Below are positions 53,344-53,639 of a stretch of 53,639 nucleotides of DNA, one piece after another. A model generated the notes under the pieces. It did no database searches, was not told the DNA's origin, and saw nothing but the letters and a program-made list of their open reading frames with translations. The position numbers and the translations under genes are program-made. This stretch comes from an uncultured Gammaproteobacteria bacterium. Its GTDB lineage: Bacteria > Patescibacteriota > Microgenomatia > UBA12405. Within the stretch, counting starts at the first letter, position 1; each line of letters starts with the position of its first letter. The stretch spans positions 1-53,639 of the forward strand of contig CAZEXG010000002.1 in assembly GCA_964516665.1 (NCBI GenBank). Direction: 5' to 3'.

Positions 53344-53639
53344 ATGTCGGATACATCATCAGAACCAAACTACCAGGATATTTTAAATAAATACGCTGCT
53401 GAATTAAGTCAAAATCCTCCCCAACCCGAAGTCCAACCTGAACCAACTCCCGAAAACCTTGCTTCCTTGCCCCAGCCGGAGCCTCAAGCTCAATTAATCG
53501 AATCTCAGCCAGAACCCCCCCAGCCCCAAGTCGAACCTCAACTAGAACCAATAGCTCCTCCTCCGCCAGCCCCTCCTGCTCCACCGGTAGTTCCTCCCTC
53601 CGACGATCTTTACACTCCCTTAACCTCTGAACCTGCCAC
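53344..53639 (+). CDS. Pro/Glu/Gln-rich protein, N-terminal part (runs off window end)
   Basis: Hand translation: MSDTSSEPNYQDILNKYAAELSQNPPQPEVQPEPTPENLASLPQPEPQAQLIESQPEPPQPQVEPQLEPIAPPPPAPPAPPVVPPSDDLYTPLTSEPA. It is open to the window end and preceded by a promoter-like sequence. The track shows only its antisense shadow. Confidence 0.5.
   Translation, partial: MSDTSSEPNYQDILNKYAAELSQNPPQPEVQPEPTPENLASLPQPEPQAQLIESQPEPPQPQVEPQLEPIAPPPPAPPAPPVVPPSDDLYTPLTSEPA

Noticed and set aside
53342-53584. 80-aa minus-strand ORF near the window end
   Set aside because: It is the antisense shadow of a plus-strand Pro/Glu/Gln-rich ORF (ATG 53344) that has a promoter-like sequence and stays open to the window end. 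The minus-strand product is a repetitive Leu/Glu/Gly/Ala artefact of the PE/PQ repeats.
1-53639. Alternative genetic code (UGA recoding as in some CPR lineages)
   Set aside because: TGA terminates conserved proteins at their expected C-termini (gatA, infB, alaS, sortase, the Zn-ribbon ORF). Conserved genes have no in-frame TGA interruptions, so the standard bacterial code fits.
1-53639. CRISPR arrays, tRNA/rRNA genes, transposases or integrases
   Set aside because: Every intergenic gap is under about 270 bp, and I inspected them by eye. I found no regularly spaced direct repeats, no cloverleaf-like GC-rich 70-90-nt segment and no recombinase-like ORF. A tRNAscan/Infernal run would still be the decisive check.

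Overview
This is a gene-dense, AT-rich bacterial window of about 60 protein genes, roughly 80% on the + strand. I found no rRNA, tRNA or CRISPR, and no intergenic gap exceeds about 270 bp.

Content is mostly core housekeeping in recognisable syntenic blocks:
- an envelope-glycan cluster (FkbM-like methyltransferase, GT4, PAP2, DUF2298/YYY, half-MFS)
- uvrD/pcrA and a FemAB-family gene
- gatC-gatA-(DUF218)-gatB
- a UvrD-helicase/PD-(D/E)XK-nuclease fusion
- dcd and rmuC
- hrcA-grpE-dnaK-(orf)-dnaJ
- nusA-infB-(DHH-like)-rpsO-pnp
- murA, family-4 UDG, RNase J, archaeal-type proS, ftsK, a rodZ-like gene
- alaS-(697-aa orf)-sortase-ruvX-(Zn ribbon)-mltG, and a miaB-like gene

Several traits fit a reduced-genome, Patescibacteria/CPR-like organism using the standard code, since TGA clearly terminates conserved genes. 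This placement is an inference. The traits are domain-minimised proteins (IF2, AlaRS, HrcA, GrpE, MiaB-like), absence of Shine-Dalgarno motifs, many 1-nt or 4-nt start/stop overlaps, and an archaeal-type ProRS.

The most unusual locus is a 2.25-kb, visibly more AT-rich insert between pnp and murA.
- It is flanked by 58-nt imperfect direct repeats that are the stop codon plus last 18 codons of murA.
- The displaced copy still translates as the murA C-terminus, and nearly all its differences are synonymous.
- It carries its own near-consensus promoter and three genes (a 261-aa orphan, a WbqC-like protein, a NUDIX hydrolase) but no recombinase.

Other items worth a second look:
- a compensated CIRCE variant inside a consensus promoter that would make hrcA leaderless
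- a general pattern of -10 boxes 4-11 nt upstream of start codons
- an attenuator-like leader upstream of nusA
- a Lon AAA+ module without a protease domain
- MurA with Asp at the fosfomycin-target Cys position
- a zinc-finger-less DnaJ preceded by an orphan gene
- a DUF559 endonuclease gene bracketed by related hairpins
- a 697-aa actin-fold-like/TM/beta-rich protein plus a sortase wedged into the alaS-ruvX-mltG neighbourhood
- a nearby LPAAG-anchored surface protein

All calls rest on reading the supplied translations and the DNA by eye. No database search was run.
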